NCBI GenBank assembly: GCA_964638955.1
Contig: CAZWZQ010000004.1
Span: 32,371 to 96,370 of the forward strand
DNA from: an uncultured Rikenellaceae bacterium
Lineage (GTDB): Bacteria; Bacteroidota; Bacteroidia; Bacteroidales; VadinHA17
Reading direction: 5' to 3'
Length of the DNA: 64,000 nucleotides
A program made the position numbers and the translations under genes. A model generated the notes under the pieces. It saw nothing but the letters and a program-made list of their open reading frames with translations, was not told where the DNA came from and ran no database searches. Of this stretch, positions 62,998 to 64,000 are shown piece after piece (position 1 is the first letter of the stretch; each line of letters begins with the position of its first letter).

Positions 62998-64000
62998 ATG
63001 GTTCAAACCGGGCTTGAAATAATATACAACAACTTCCCATCACAATTAAAAGGGAAAAGGATTGGCGTTTTATGTCATGCTCCAAGCATAACAAGTGATT
63101 TTCTTCACATAACAGATTTTCTTTTCAGGAGGAATGACTGCAGGTTGTCTGCGATCTTTGGTCCCCAGCATGGTCTTTTCGGACAGATCCAGGATAATAT
63201 GATTGAGTGGGAAGGCGTCATTCACCCGGTTTTTGATGTCCCTGTTTACAGCCTCTATGGTAAGAACCGTAAACCGGAATTATGGATGCTGGAAGATATT
63301 GATGTCTTATTGATTGATTTACAGGATATTGGAGCCAGGCTTTATACATATATATGGACAGTAAAGTTATGTATGGAAGCATGCTGTGAAGCTGACATTC
63401 CCGTCTGGGTACTTGACCGGCCTAATCCTGTGGGAAAGCTTCCCTTTGATGGCCCTGTACTTAAAGAGGAGTTCTTTACTTTTGTTGGAGGAGCTTCAAT
63501 TCCTTTATGTCACAGGATGACTATCGGAGAGATGGCTGTATGGCTGAAAGAGAATTATTATCCACGCTGCAAGCTCAAAATAATATGGATGAAGGGCTGG
63601 GAAAGGTTTTCCATGTATGATGAAACAGGGCTCCCCTGGGTTTTACCATCACCAAACATGCCAACAGTGCAGACTGCAACTGTTTACCCTGGAATGGTTC
63701 TTACCGAAGCTGTAAATATTTCGGAAGGAAGAGGAACGACTACCCCTTTCGAGTTATTTGGAGCACCCTTTATAGATTCTGAAAAACTGAAAAAAAATCT
63801 TGATCAGCGCCAGATTACAGGGTGCGTCTTCAGGATACATAACTTTATACCCACTTTCAACAAATATTGCGGCGAACTTTGCAATGGGCTCCAGATCCAT
63901 ATAACTGATATAACCGTTTATCGCCCGGTTGCAACAGTATTGGAGATTTTTGATGCTGTAATGGAATTATTTCCGGAAGATTTCAAATTCAATCTGCCGC
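62998..64000 (+). CDS. namZ: DUF1343 protein (exo-beta-N-acetylmuramidase NamZ-like); the C-terminus runs off the right edge
   Basis: My translation from the ATG at 62998 is MVQTGLEIIYNNFPSQLKGKRIGVLCHAPSITSDFLHITDFLFRRNDCRLSAIFGPQHGLFGQIQDNMIEWEG... The frame is open to 64000, so it is not in the ORF track. The pattern matches DUF1343/NamZ. Confidence 0.65.
   Translation, partial: MVQTGLEIIYNNFPSQLKGKRIGVLCHAPSITSDFLHITDFLFRRNDCRLSAIFGPQHGLFGQIQDNMIEWEGVIHPVFDVPVYSLYGKNRKPELWMLEDIDVLLIDLQDIGARLYTYIWTVKLCMEACCEADIPVWVLDRPNPVGKLPFDGPVLKEEFFTFVGGASIPLCHRMTIGEMAVWLKENYYPRCKLKIIWMKGWERFSMYDETGLPWVLPSPNMPTVQTATVYPGMVLTEAVNISEGRGTTTPFELFGAPFIDSEKLKKNLDQRQITGCVFRIHNFIPTFNKYCGELCNGLQIHITDITVYRPVATVLEIFDAVMELFPEDFKFNLP

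Overview
This is a chromosomal segment of a Bacteroidota (Bacteroidia-like) genome. It is AT-rich (roughly 40% GC by eye) and tightly packed, has TAnnTTTG-type -7 promoter boxes, and carries a complete Bat (Bacteroides aerotolerance) operon. I can support about 60 protein genes, one tRNA-Arg(TCT), two gene remnants (rhaM, ung) and several structured or repeat elements. I saw no rRNA, CRISPR array, transposase, integrase or phage genes.

Gene content, left to right:
- L-rhamnose utilisation: rhaA (partial), rhaM remnant, rhaT, GH78 rhamnosidase.
- An EamA transporter and arfB.
- A kamA / 2x ATP-grasp / GNAT cluster behind a GC-rich structured leader.
- A CYTH protein, an ung fragment, and a lipoprotein / membrane protein / PLP-enzyme trio.
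- The Bat operon (moxR-DUF58-x-batABCDE).
- DUF4105, a ZIP transporter, an M50 protease and pcm.
- tRNA-Arg with a duplicated 3' end.
- Two tandem fused LeuC/LeuD-like dehydratases plus an AraC regulator.
- bioG, yihY, comB-like, GT2 and TlpA-like genes.
- LacI plus a BtuFCD-type ABC importer, then yidC, pyrG and DUF349.
- The locus described below (47.9-57.3 kb).
- OmpA, queE, alkaline phosphatase, 5'-nucleotidase and namZ (partial).

The best candidate for an undescribed system lies at 47.9-57.3 kb. It combines a C39-peptidase ABC exporter with a HlyD adaptor, an ECF-like sigma factor, an apparently extracytoplasmic TPR-CHAT (caspase-like) protein, and a double-glycine-leader peptide gene whose core has no Cys, Ser or Thr. 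It also has a membrane TPR anti-sigma-like protein and a sensor-less histidine kinase. I read it as a possible secreted-peptide sensing and regulated-proteolysis module.

The second candidate is the beta-lysine-type biosynthetic cluster at 7.0-10.8 kb.

All functional calls come from motif and family recognition by eye. No database search was run.
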